Shown: piece after piece, positions 20,021 through 28,813 of the stretch
How positions within the stretch are numbered: position 1 is the stretch's first letter
Layout of the letters: every line of letters starts with the position of its first letter
Origin: Bacteroidota bacterium
GTDB taxonomy: Bacteria > Bacteroidota > Bacteroidia > JABDFU01
Length of the DNA: 64,000 nt
Reading direction: 5' to 3'
NCBI GenBank assembly: GCA_013286655.1
Contig: JABDFG010000008.1
Span: forward strand, 413-64,412
Position numbers and translations under genes: made by a program
Notes under the pieces: model-generated
What the model was told of the DNA's origin: nothing
What the model saw: only the letters and a program-made list of their open reading frames with translations
Database searches by the model: none

Positions 20021-20839
20021 TTAGGCCTTTTCGGTTTCAACCACTTCCTTTAACTTATTTAACACCATTTTCCAATTTTCCGTTGAATGTTCCTTTTCCT
20101 TTTTGTTAGAAATATTGTCCTGTGAGACAGTAACAGAAGTCAGATTTCCTTTTTTAGTTAATTTATAGGTAACAAGATTGTAATTCTCTGGCTTATCTTC
20201 CTTTCCCGACATAGAACTCCAATAGGTCGTCTGCAGTAGTTTTTCGGGTTCCATTTTTTTGATGATTCCTTTATCATGGTATTTTTTCCCTTCGTATTCA
20301 CCTGTATAATTGATAGCACCGCCTTCCTTCCAATCAGAGGAAACATCCGTTCCAAAAAGATATTCTTTTATGAGTTTGGGTGTAGTCATGGCTTTCCAGA
20401 CCTGTGCAGGAGTGGCGTTGATGTCAATAAGCGCTTCGGCTATTAGCGTATTTTTCATCAGTTGAAACAGCTGAATATTATTCCCGCAGGTATCATTAAA
20501 GACCGCGATGGTTGAAGGCCCCATATTTGTAGGCTTCATGCTGAAAACAACTCCCAATTCTAAAAGTCTGTCGTATTCCTTCTGCACGTCATCAACATTA
20601 AATTGCATTGCAGGACGTTTTGCTTCAAACAAAGCTTTTTGATACACCTTCGCAGGAGGAAATCCCATTGGTTCAAGGACCAATTCAACCCCTTCCTGTT
20701 CTTCCTTGGAAACTACTGTCAGCCATCTGTACTGACCGTTGGTAATGTCCCCTTTTTTAATAAATCCTAATTTTTCAGTATAGAAACTCAGTGCCTTATC
20801 CTGGTCTTCAACCAATAAACTTGTGTGTGGAATTTTCAT
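20021..20839 (-). CDS. VOC domain - SRPBCC (AHSA1-like) domain fusion protein
   Basis: N-terminal half has the glyoxalase-like pattern (IPHTSLLVEDQDKALSFYTEKLGF). C-terminal half has the SRPBCC pattern (INATPAQVWKAMTTPKLIKEY..., WKMVLNKLKEVVE). ATG at 20839 is preferred over the upstream TTG. Confidence 0.6.
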   Translation of the reverse strand: MKIPHTSLLVEDQDKALSFYTEKLGFIKKGDITNGQYRWLTVVSKEEQEGVELVLEPMGFPPAKVYQKALFEAKRPAMQFNVDDVQKEYDRLLELGVVFSMKPTNMGPSTIAVFNDTCGNNIQLFQLMKNTLIAEALIDINATPAQVWKAMTTPKLIKEYLFGTDVSSDWKEGGAINYTGEYEGKKYHDKGIIKKMEPEKLLQTTYWSSMSGKEDKPENYNLVTYKLTKKGNLTSVTVSQDNISNKKEKEHSTENWKMVLNKLKEVVETEKA

Positions 20840-21064
20840 TTGCTGTTTTTTAGTTACATTCTGCGAGTGAGCAGGCAACTGGAATTTACGATGATTTTAT
20901 AAAACCATGGAGAATAGTTGTCAAAGTTAAATTTTTGGAGGGTCAAAGGGCTAAAAAGTGCGGTAAAAAAGATGCTGTAATTTTAGTTGAGGAGAAGTTA
21001 CAATGGCTCCTGATTCAATCGGGAATTTGTTTTAGTTTTGCTGTACCCAACAAAAAGCTCTCTC

Positions 21065-21532
21065 ATGAAAAAGTCCAAAAAGAAACCAGCCAAACCCAAA
21101 AAGAAGTCCGCAAAAAAGGCGACTAGCAAAAAAGCAACCCCTGTAAAAAAGAAGTCAAAGAAAGCAACACCAGCTAAAAAAGTTGTAAAAAAGGTTCTCG
21201 CCAAAAAGAAACCTACTTCAAAACCAGTTTCAAAAAAGAAAGCTACTTCCAAGTCAAGTGCTAAAAAGCCGAGTGCAAAGAAGCCAATTCAGATTGCTTC
21301 CTTCCCTACCTCCAAATCGCAACCGAAAGCACCCGCAAATTTCGAAGCAATGGAAACTGTGGAAGAAACAACGGCCGTAAATCCAGATGAAACATTTATT
21401 CAGGAGTTGGAAGAAACGGGCGATTTGAAGGAAGAACAAGAATATCCGGACTTGGAATCAGAGGATGAAATTCAGGAAGACACGGATGATTACCTGAAAG
21501 AAAAGGGTATGGACAGCGCGGATGGACAATAA
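21065..21532 (+). CDS. histone H1-like lysine-rich protein with acidic C-terminal tail
   Basis: About 80 aa of KK-A/S/T/P repeats, followed by an E/D-rich tail. ATG at 21065. Confidence 0.55.
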   Translation: MKKSKKKPAKPKKKSAKKATSKKATPVKKKSKKATPAKKVVKKVLAKKKPTSKPVSKKKATSKSSAKKPSAKKPIQIASFPTSKSQPKAPANFEAMETVEETTAVNPDETFIQELEETGDLKEEQEYPDLESEDEIQEDTDDYLKEKGMDSADGQ

Positions 21533-21555
21533 ACACCAACCTACTTGAAGTTAAT

Positions 21556-21927
21556 ATGAGAGGAATGAAAACAATCATCATGCTGATAATTTCCAATGTC
21601 TTCATGACCTTCGCCTGGTACGGACATTTAAAATTTAAAGAATTTGAATGGGGAAAGAACCTTGGCTTGCTTTCTGTTATTTTAATAAGTTGGGGAATGG
21701 CATTTTTTGAGTACCTGTTTCAAGTTCCTGCCAACAGAACCGGTTATACAGAAAATGGAGGAAGTTTCAATCTGGTTCAACTCAAAACCATTCAGGAGGT
21801 AATCACCCTAACTGTATTTACTGCATTCACATTGGTGTTTTTCAAGGAAGAAAAGCTGGCGTGGAATCATCTTGTTGGTTTTGGATTATTGGTACTCGCA
21901 GTGTTCTTCATTTTTAAGAAGTGGTGA
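21556..21927 (+). CDS. DMT-superfamily small membrane protein (DUF486-like)
   Basis: Four TM segments. N-terminal FMTFAWYGHLKF motif. Confidence 0.65.
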   Translation: MRGMKTIIMLIISNVFMTFAWYGHLKFKEFEWGKNLGLLSVILISWGMAFFEYLFQVPANRTGYTENGGSFNLVQLKTIQEVITLTVFTAFTLVFFKEEKLAWNHLVGFGLLVLAVFFIFKKW

Positions 21928-21964
21928 ATACCTCACGAATTCAATTTAATCATCCGAAAACAAA

Positions 21965-23101
21965 ATGAGGCGGCCGAAAAGTAGTCTTTCAGAAATAGCT
22001 GAGTTGTTTATCAGATTGGGTTGCACATCTTTTGGAGGCCCTGCTGTGCATATCGCCATGATGAGAGAAGAAGTCGTTCATAAAAAGAAATGGATGGATG
22101 AACAGCATTTCCTTGACCTTGTTGGAGCGACAAACCTGATTCCAGGTCCAAACAGCACTGAAATGGCAATTCACATTGGACGGGAGCAGGCGGGATGGAA
22201 AGGTTTATTTGTTGCAGGATTCTGCTTCATCTTACCGGCGGTTTTCATTACGGGCGTCATTGCGTTGTTCTACAAAGAATACGGACAACTACCGCAAGTA
22301 AAACCTTTCTTTTACGGAATTCAGCCTGCAATTATAGCCGTTATATTAGGAGCAGTTTATCCGCTTGCAAAAAAAGCCTTGAAAAATATAGAAATGGGAG
22401 TTATCGGGATTGCTACCCTTACTCTTTGTCTTGCCGGATATCACGAAATGATTGTAATGTTCGGGGCTGGATTTGTTGCCATGATTATAGCTTATATCAA
22501 AAACAATGAAATCAATACCTCCACAAAAAACATTTTTCCATTCACCATACTTCAAGCTGGCAACACAACATTAATTTCAATGACCAATACAAATTTATTT
22601 TTCACATTCCTTAAAATTGGTGCGATCCTTTATGGAAGCGGGTATGTGCTCTTTGCGTTTCTTGACAATGAATTGGTAACAAGGGGGATTTTATCCCGTG
22701 GACAACTGATAGATGCTATTGCAGTCGGACAATTTACGCCTGGCCCCGTTTTCTCATCAGTAACATTTATCGGGTATCAAATCAACGGGCTCAAAGGAGC
22801 AGTGGTTTCTACAATCGGAATTTTCCTTCCGTCATTTGTATTCGTGGCGTTGCTTAATCCGTTCGTTGCAAAAATGAGAAGTTCGGCACTTTTTTCTTCG
22901 TTTCTGGATGCGGTAAACATTGCCTCCATCGCGATCATCCTTATAGTTTGTTATACAATTGGTAAAGAATCCATTAGAGATTGGCGGACTATTTTAATCG
23001 CCGTGGTAAGCATACTCCTGACTTTTGGTTTCAGAAAGCTTAACTCCTTATGGATAATTCTGGGTAGTTCTCTGACAGGCTACTTGCTGACACTTATTTA
23101 A
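21965..23101 (+). CDS. chrA: chromate transporter ChrA family
   Basis: Duplicated CHR domains. FGGPAVHIAMM ... NLIPGPNSTE and QFTPGPVFS motifs. Confidence 0.85.
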   Translation: MRRPKSSLSEIAELFIRLGCTSFGGPAVHIAMMREEVVHKKKWMDEQHFLDLVGATNLIPGPNSTEMAIHIGREQAGWKGLFVAGFCFILPAVFITGVIALFYKEYGQLPQVKPFFYGIQPAIIAVILGAVYPLAKKALKNIEMGVIGIATLTLCLAGYHEMIVMFGAGFVAMIIAYIKNNEINTSTKNIFPFTILQAGNTTLISMTNTNLFFTFLKIGAILYGSGYVLFAFLDNELVTRGILSRGQLIDAIAVGQFTPGPVFSSVTFIGYQINGLKGAVVSTIGIFLPSFVFVALLNPFVAKMRSSALFSSFLDAVNIASIAIILIVCYTIGKESIRDWRTILIAVVSILLTFGFRKLNSLWIILGSSLTGYLLTLI

Positions 23102-24617
23102 ATAGCATTTTACAACTACTCAAATCCTTTCCGATGTATGAAATATGATTATCGGGCCGGAGCAGGATATAAAAGCCGGAGTTCTTTTCAAACACCGTCT
23201 TTGGAATTTCAGTAAATGAGAATGAAGCGATTGGAAATTTGATAGATTTCAGCTGTTCCAACCCGCTTTGTTCTTTATTTCCAAAGAATAAAATTTTAAA
23301 AGCAGGCTCTTTTAGATAATCAAAAATGCTTTCTCCATCCTGAAAAGTAAAATAAGGCATTCTGTCACCTGCGTTGACCTTGCCGATTGAGCTTTTAACT
23401 GTTAAAATACTTTTGGGATAAGAAATTCCAGTTTGCGATACCAGCGGGAATATCCATTTATTAATGGTGGATTGTTTAGAAATAAAGCCGGCGATAAGAG
23501 GAAAGATCTCTAAACGGAGAAAATTCCAAAATGCTCCAGTACCTGCCATCATATCAAACATCCTATCGGTTGTTTGTAAGAGATGTTTGGCATTTTCTGT
23601 TCTTTCCGTGTTATAGCTTTCCAGAACAATTGAGTTCGCTTTGTTTTTGATGGTATAGGCTATTTTCCAAGCCAAATTATAGGAATCCTGAATTCCTGTA
23701 TTCATTCCTTGTCCCCCTGCCGGCGTATGTATATGTGCTGAATCCCCTGCAATAAAACATCGTCCATTCATAAACGAATCGGCTTTGCGACTATGTACCT
23801 TATAGGTTGAAAACCACCTTACTTCTTCGAATGTAACATCTGTCATCATTTGCTCTTTAATAGAGTTTTCAACTTCTTCAAACTTAAAATTCTCTGTATC
23901 TGTCTTGTCGGGTAAAATACCGACAATGCGGTAATGCCCTTCACCTTCCATCGGAAAGAAAAGAGCAAACCCCTTCTTTATCAGAAAAATGAACAGTTCG
24001 TCTTTGTTGATAATGGAACTTTTTAATTTTATATCCGTTACATAAAATATTCTGGGAATAGTATTACCTGAAAACGCCACACCCATTTGATGTCGGACTA
24101 AACTGCCGGCTCCATCGCAACCAACCAGATACGCCGCGTCAATTGTTTGTTCCTGCCCATTGGAATTCTTATAAAATACCTTTACACCTTCTTTTTGTTC
24201 AAAACGAATGAACTCGCATTTCCAGAGAATTGTTTTTCCGTTTTCAGAAAGGTAATCTACCAGAAGTTTTTCCGTCTTGCTTTGTTCTAAGGAAAGTGCA
24301 TATGGGAACGCACTTAATCCATCCCCAAGTCCGGCAATATTAATCTTCGCTTTTTGTTTCCCTTCATAAAAAAGATTCATCGCTGTAGTTATCCGGCCTT
24401 CTTTTATTGCTTTTCCCGCTATGCCTAATTCATTGAAAATTTCAAGAGTTCGTGCCTGCACGACAAGAGCCTTTGAATAGGGGGTTGTTTTTTCATTTTT
24501 TTCAAGGACAATGAAGTCAATATTATATCGGAGTAATTGCACAGCCAGACTCAATCCCGTAGGGCCGGCTCCTATGATGACCACTTGTGTTTTTGAAGAT
24601 GTTGCGTCTGTTGTCAA
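23094..24617 (-). CDS. FAD-dependent aromatic-ring monooxygenase (class A flavoprotein, PheA/TfdB-like, with C-terminal thioredoxin-like domain)
   Basis: VVIIGAGPTGL dinucleotide fold. GDSAHIHTPAGGQGMNTGIQDSYNLAWK motif. Confidence 0.8.
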   Translation of the reverse strand: MTTDATSSKTQVVIIGAGPTGLSLAVQLLRYNIDFIVLEKNEKTTPYSKALVVQARTLEIFNELGIAGKAIKEGRITTAMNLFYEGKQKAKINIAGLGDGLSAFPYALSLEQSKTEKLLVDYLSENGKTILWKCEFIRFEQKEGVKVFYKNSNGQEQTIDAAYLVGCDGAGSLVRHQMGVAFSGNTIPRIFYVTDIKLKSSIINKDELFIFLIKKGFALFFPMEGEGHYRIVGILPDKTDTENFKFEEVENSIKEQMMTDVTFEEVRWFSTYKVHSRKADSFMNGRCFIAGDSAHIHTPAGGQGMNTGIQDSYNLAWKIAYTIKNKANSIVLESYNTERTENAKHLLQTTDRMFDMMAGTGAFWNFLRLEIFPLIAGFISKQSTINKWIFPLVSQTGISYPKSILTVKSSIGKVNAGDRMPYFTFQDGESIFDYLKEPAFKILFFGNKEQSGLEQLKSIKFPIASFSFTEIPKTVFEKNSGFYILLRPDNHISYIGKDLSSCKMLFK

Positions 24618-25096
24618 TTTAATTCCAGTCGTTTTTTTAAAGGTAATCTTGTCAGATGAGACACATTTTCCGCAAGAGAATTTCCTTCCTTGCTGAAAGC
24701 CCAGACAAAAAGTGATTTTATGGGGTGGTCTTTTTTTATACTTTCAACTGCCTGAATGGTAAGTTTCTTTGCTATACCTTTCCCTCGGTACTCTTGAAAT
24801 ACCATAGCGGAACAGAGATATAATGCTTCATAAGATGAATTCAGTGGAGTTAAGTCAAAAAGCCCCTTCTCAGTAATTTTGCTTTCAATAAACATCTTCA
24901 TCAGGTCAAGAGTTGTTGGAAAAACCAAAATCCATGCAGCTGGGCCCGTACCATCATTAAACTCCGATACTGTTGCAGGATGAATACGTTTTAACCGTTC
25001 AATTATTTTTTCATCTACGCTAAGTTGATTGGGGTCAGTTCTACTTGCAAAAACATCGTCCGCGAGTTGAATCATTCTTTCAAAATTGTTTGCCAT
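24614..25096 (-). CDS. GNAT-family N-acetyltransferase
   Basis: YRGKGIAKKL acetyl-CoA-binding motif. 4-nt overlap (ATGA) with the downstream monooxygenase gene. Confidence 0.65.
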   Translation of the reverse strand: MANNFERMIQLADDVFASRTDPNQLSVDEKIIERLKRIHPATVSEFNDGTGPAAWILVFPTTLDLMKMFIESKITEKGLFDLTPLNSSYEALYLCSAMVFQEYRGKGIAKKLTIQAVESIKKDHPIKSLFVWAFSKEGNSLAENVSHLTRLPLKKRLELN

Positions 25097-25259
25097 GAGT
25101 TGAAATTAGAAGATTAACGAAGGAAATATACACTGAATAAGTGTTTCCTTTTCTGCTTTTTACGAACAAAATTTTGAGCGTCTTACAATGCCCGTCTGGC
25201 TTTGAATTAATCTAGTTGAACGAAAACCGGAGAGAGAGTTAACGGCAGGATAAAGAAGA

Positions 25260-26105
25260 TCATTTTGGCGAAGATTGGGTAATAGTTGTCATCTTGGAAG
25301 CAGTCACATTTCTCGTATAAAGAAAAGACGAAAAATTCTTTTCAGAACCATCTACGACAAGGTAATTTTCAAATTTAAATTGAGAAAATACAGATTCCCC
25401 GTTGTCCACTTCGCTTAATTCAAGCCCTTTTCCTCTATTGTTCATCATGGTTCCTTTTTGGAACATGTGGTTAATTGAACAGATTCTTTTTGAAAGGTTC
25501 AAATCTTTATCACTTACCAAATACGTTCCAGTTGTTATCTTTTCATTGTAGGGGATTAGTTTATTGTGAATATTTCCAGTGAGGGTTATGACTTTCCATT
25601 TGGGATGAGCCTTCATCTGGTTCTTAATGTTGATATACATAAGACTATCTCTGTTCAAGGTATAATATTTTGAGTCATCGAAGAAAAACAGTCTTGCATT
25701 CGGGATTTTGCTGACCGTTGAAATCAGGTGTAACCAGGCTTCGGAGCTTCTTCCGTCATTGTACCCCGTCTTAAAAAAGACAGATTCCTTCAAATTGATT
25801 TCAGTAGAGTTTTCAATGAAATTGCCTATCAAATCTGCAGGAGCCTCAATTCCAATGAGGACGGAATCTTCCTTCTTCGTAATCAGCTTGGCAAGTCCTG
25901 TAACGAATTCAGCAGGTTCATTCGTGCCGTGCATTTCCCCGACCATAATCAGCCGAAATGATTTCAGCCTACCGTAAACGCTATCGCCAAGATTTTCGAG
26001 AGAATCAATCTTTACAGCCCTTTTTTTGAGGTATTCGTCCCAACTTTGGGCAGAGATATCGTTCAATAAAAACAGCAAACAAACAAAAAGAACAACTATT
26101 TTCAT
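25260..26105 (-). CDS. secreted protein, possibly Tiki/ChaN/erythromycin-esterase superfamily
   Basis: Signal peptide. The MVGEMHGTNEP motif resembles the GExHG motif of that superfamily. The assignment is tentative. Confidence 0.35.
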   Translation of the reverse strand: MKIVVLFVCLLFLLNDISAQSWDEYLKKRAVKIDSLENLGDSVYGRLKSFRLIMVGEMHGTNEPAEFVTGLAKLITKKEDSVLIGIEAPADLIGNFIENSTEINLKESVFFKTGYNDGRSSEAWLHLISTVSKIPNARLFFFDDSKYYTLNRDSLMYINIKNQMKAHPKWKVITLTGNIHNKLIPYNEKITTGTYLVSDKDLNLSKRICSINHMFQKGTMMNNRGKGLELSEVDNGESVFSQFKFENYLVVDGSEKNFSSFLYTRNVTASKMTTITQSSPK

Positions 26106-26133
26106 TTCGCCGGAGCTTTTCCGAAAAAAGCAA

Positions 26134-26679
26134 TTATTGATTTGTTGAACCCAATTGAGCCTTGTTCATGTATTTCAGATTTAACGCATACATCACAATA
26201 AAAATAACGCCAACAAATCCTCGGATGCTTCCGCTTATAATTCCTATTAATTGTCCCATAAATAAAGGTATAACCACGATCACTGCAACTCCCGCTACAT
26301 AAAAATAAAATCCCATTTTCTTTAAGTTCCACATTAGAATGGCTCCGGTAAGTTTGAGCAGGCTTGAAATCAGTCCGATTACGGAATATGTCCTTATGCT
26401 TTCTGGGCCAATATTTTCGGTTACCGAAATGATTAGCTTTTTCACAAAGCTTGGAGTCTTTTCTTCATCTATTTGATGCTCTCTCATTTGACTTTCCCGT
26501 TTTTCAAGGACTTCATTTGCCATTTTGGAAACGGTATCTGCTGAGGCATAATCACGAATACATTTGATTATACCCCATCCGCTACCAATGAATGTGAGGA
26601 TGCAGATAACGGTTAGGAAAGTGCTTCTTGCTCCCGGTGGGGTAGAAGAAGTTGTTGAAAGGATTGTTTCCATGATCAA
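26134..26679 (-). CDS. hypothetical integral membrane protein
   Basis: Four hydrophobic segments separated by a charged loop. Confidence 0.45.
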   Translation of the reverse strand: MIMETILSTTSSTPPGARSTFLTVICILTFIGSGWGIIKCIRDYASADTVSKMANEVLEKRESQMREHQIDEEKTPSFVKKLIISVTENIGPESIRTYSVIGLISSLLKLTGAILMWNLKKMGFYFYVAGVAVIVVIPLFMGQLIGIISGSIRGFVGVIFIVMYALNLKYMNKAQLGSTNQ

Positions 26680-26841
26680 TGTAAATTAATGCCAAAGGTA
26701 TGTATTCTTGACGGCCTTACTTCTTTTAATGGCTCAAGAAGGCAAACAAAAAGACAAAATAGGGTTTTTTCAATCTAAAGTATCCACGTATTATGAAGCT
26801 CTTTTATTTAAAAATGAATGTAACGATTCAAACCTGCAGAG

Positions 26842-27276
26842 TTACTGTGACAAAGCGGAGAATGCAATCAAACAAAGGAAAATAATACTTCCAACTCTTC
26901 CTTCTGATGAGCCAGCCCCAGTTCCTTTCATCCCTCCACCTCCCGTTCTGGCGTTGACCTGTCCTACTGGTCTCATTACTCCACCCTTGTATTGAGGCAT
27001 TCTTACAGAATATATCGGAAACTTGCCAATATCATTTCCAAGATGATTACTGTAGACAAAAGTATTGTTATCTACAATGAGTGATGGGGTGAAGAACGAT
27101 TTACAGGAATCACTATGTGATTTAATATCCTCTGATTTCAATAGACTGGATTTCGCATTTGCTTCAGAAGGTGTAGAATATGTTGAATCCACTCTTGCCT
27201 TATCCCTTGCTGTTTGAGCGGTAAGGGTATTCAAAAGAGGAGCAATTATTAAACAGATAATAGTAAAATGCTTCAT
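26842..27276 (-). CDS. hypothetical secreted protein with Gly-rich region and hydrophobic C-terminal tail
   Basis: Signal peptide MKHFTIICLIIAPLLNTLTAQ from the internal ATG. The C-terminus is uncertain. Confidence 0.3.
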   Translation of the reverse strand: MKHFTIICLIIAPLLNTLTAQTARDKARVDSTYSTPSEANAKSSLLKSEDIKSHSDSCKSFFTPSLIVDNNTFVYSNHLGNDIGKFPIYSVRMPQYKGGVMRPVGQVNARTGGGGMKGTGAGSSEGRVGSIIFLCLIAFSALSQ

Positions 27277-27636
27277 GATAATACAATATACAAAATACTT
27301 AACGCTTATTTGAGTCAATTAGTATGTCTATAAGGCGTATCTTTGTCACATTAAATGCCGGTTACAAAAACCATAAAACTGCCCTACACACCAGAAGCAC
27401 TCAAAAAATTTCTTGGAGAAAAGAAGGAAATACTTGAAAAAACTTCTAAGGGGGAGCGTGTTGACTTTAACGAAATAAACAATGCCTTTGCAGAAATTCC
27501 AGAACACCTGCGAAATAAATATAAGCGAAAAGGGCAATAGCTTTGAATTCGTTACCGACAATAAAATAACATACTGTATCTATACCAATCCTGGAAAGAA
27601 GATTATTCCAGGATTTATTTTTTCATCCGAGGTAAT

Positions 27637-27984
27637 ATGTTTAGGGTTTTTCCCGTTTCTTCTGAAAAACCTCCATACGACAGCAAGGTAATTGAAACCA
27701 TTTTAAATTTCATCATTGATTTTTTTGAAAACCGAAACGCAATAATTGCATTCAATTACTCTCCAGCAGGCGGGAAACACTTATTCAGAGAAGAATACTT
27801 TAAAAAGTTATATAACAAATATCACAACGGTAAGTTAGACCGGATTGATTTGGAATTAGGTGGCGATGACAGGGGGGCAATGATATTCAGAACGGATAAC
27901 ATACATTCAGAAGCCCTGCATTCTACTACGGGACAAGATATTGTTGAAAAGCTGGATGATAAAACTGATTTTATTGAAACATAA
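27637..27984 (+). CDS. hypothetical protein, possibly the 3' part of a frameshifted gene starting at 27482
   Basis: 115-aa ORF. The upstream frame (27482..27691) reads protein-like through a T6 run at 27618-27623. Confidence 0.4.
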   Translation: MFRVFPVSSEKPPYDSKVIETILNFIIDFFENRNAIIAFNYSPAGGKHLFREEYFKKLYNKYHNGKLDRIDLELGGDDRGAMIFRTDNIHSEALHSTTGQDIVEKLDDKTDFIET

Positions 27985-28175
27985 AAAGAGCGGGGTTTCA
28001 GGTAAGGGTTTCATCTCACCACAGCCAACCTCTATTCTCAACTTCATCCTCCTCCGGCACCAACACCCTAAACAGGTATTTTATTAATGGATTGTAACTA
28101 TTTTAGCTCTCAAACGTCTTACATGAAGACATGCAAATCAGTATAAAAGAAGCCCTATTTTTTGCAATTTTTGTG

Positions 28176-28206
28176 CAAATAAAAAGGTGGCCGAACTGAC
28201 CACCTT
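28176..28206 (-). terminator. rho-independent terminator downstream of tRNA-Asn
   Basis: On the minus strand, stem AAGGTGG / CCACCTT is followed by TTTTTATTT. Confidence 0.65.
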
Positions 28207-28227
28207 CTGAAACACTTACTGTGTTTG

Positions 28228-28301
28228 CTCCTCGGACTGGGCTCGAACCAGTGACCCCATGATTAACAGTCATGTGCTCTAACCAGCTGAGCTACCAAGG
28301 A
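28228..28301 (-). tRNA. tRNA-Asn (anticodon GTT)
   Basis: Manual cloverleaf. Acceptor TCCTTGG/CCGAGGA, D arm GCTC..GAGC, anticodon stem CATGA/TCATG with loop CTGTTAA, T arm ACTGG-TTCGAGC-CCAGT, discriminator G. No encoded CCA. Confidence 0.9.
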
Positions 28302-28478
28302 ATTTCCCTAAAAAGGAGTGCAATATTAGCATTTGTGAGCTAATTATACAATATAATTCTCACTTAATTTAGGGGAAGGGGGATATCCATAATAAACCTA
28401 AAATAGAGTTTTTGAACTCATAACTTGCACTTTACATGCACCAAATTTTCAATGTTTTAGCCATAACCAGACAAAATT

Positions 28479-28680
28479 ATGGCAACTTTAAAACTTACTT
28501 TGGATTGCAGGAAAAGCTATAATGATGGTAGACATCCTGTAGTTTTCAGACTTACTTCTGACCAAAAAAGCACTTCCATTTACACTGAAACCAGATTATT
28601 TCTCTTGAATGGGATAAAAAGAAGGGAAAAGTTACCAAAACACATCCTAATTGTAAAATACTGAACCTCAAACTCATAAA
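28479..28680 (+). pseudogene. tyrosine recombinase (phage integrase) N-terminal Arm-domain fragment, frameshifted and truncated
   Basis: MATLKLTLDCRKSYNDGRHPVVFRLTSDQKSTSIYT, then in the -1 frame ..EWDKKKGKVTKTHPNCKILNLKLIK. This pattern is typical of Bacteroidota integrase N-termini. The catalytic domain is absent. Confidence 0.6.
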
Positions 28681-28770
28681 GAGGCAAGAGTATTGGATAT
28701 TGAGGTACTAGATCATGTAATTCTAACAGCTGATGGCTATTATTCCTTTGCTGATGAAGGGATGATATAA
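28681..28770 (+). pseudogene. RadC/JAB-domain protein C-terminal remnant
   Basis: Frame 1 reads EARVLDIEVLDHVILTADGYYSFADEGMI-stop, matching the conserved RadC C-terminus (..LDH.I....SF...G..). There is no upstream body. Confidence 0.5.
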
Positions 28771-28800
28771 AAAAAGCAGGGTAATTAGTCCTGCTCTTTT
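28769..28800. terminator. bidirectional hairpin terminator
   Basis: Stem AGCAGG / CCTGCT flanked by an A-run and a T-run. It serves the minus-strand peptide gene 28814..28966. Confidence 0.6.
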
Positions 28801-28813
28801 ATAGATTTAAAAT

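Noticed and set aside
20998-21252. Minus-strand 84-aa Phe-rich ORF, and 34524..34889 minus-strand Ala/Phe-rich ORF
   Set aside because: These are antisense composition artefacts of the Lys-rich (AAA/AAG) coding regions on the plus strand.
26708-26995. Plus-strand ORF with Pro-rich C-terminus overlapping the 3' end of 26842..27276
   Set aside because: The Pro-rich tail is the antisense of a Gly-rich tract, and the ORF needs a TTG start. I kept the minus-strand gene with its clear signal peptide, although its own C-terminus remains uncertain.
28100-28301. Search for an att-type direct repeat of the tRNA-Asn 3' end that would delimit an integrated island
   Set aside because: I could not find a convincing second copy of the tRNA 3' half by eye in the 16-31 kb region. 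The integrase remnant also lies on the 5' side of the tRNA. tRNA-targeted integration therefore remains unproven.
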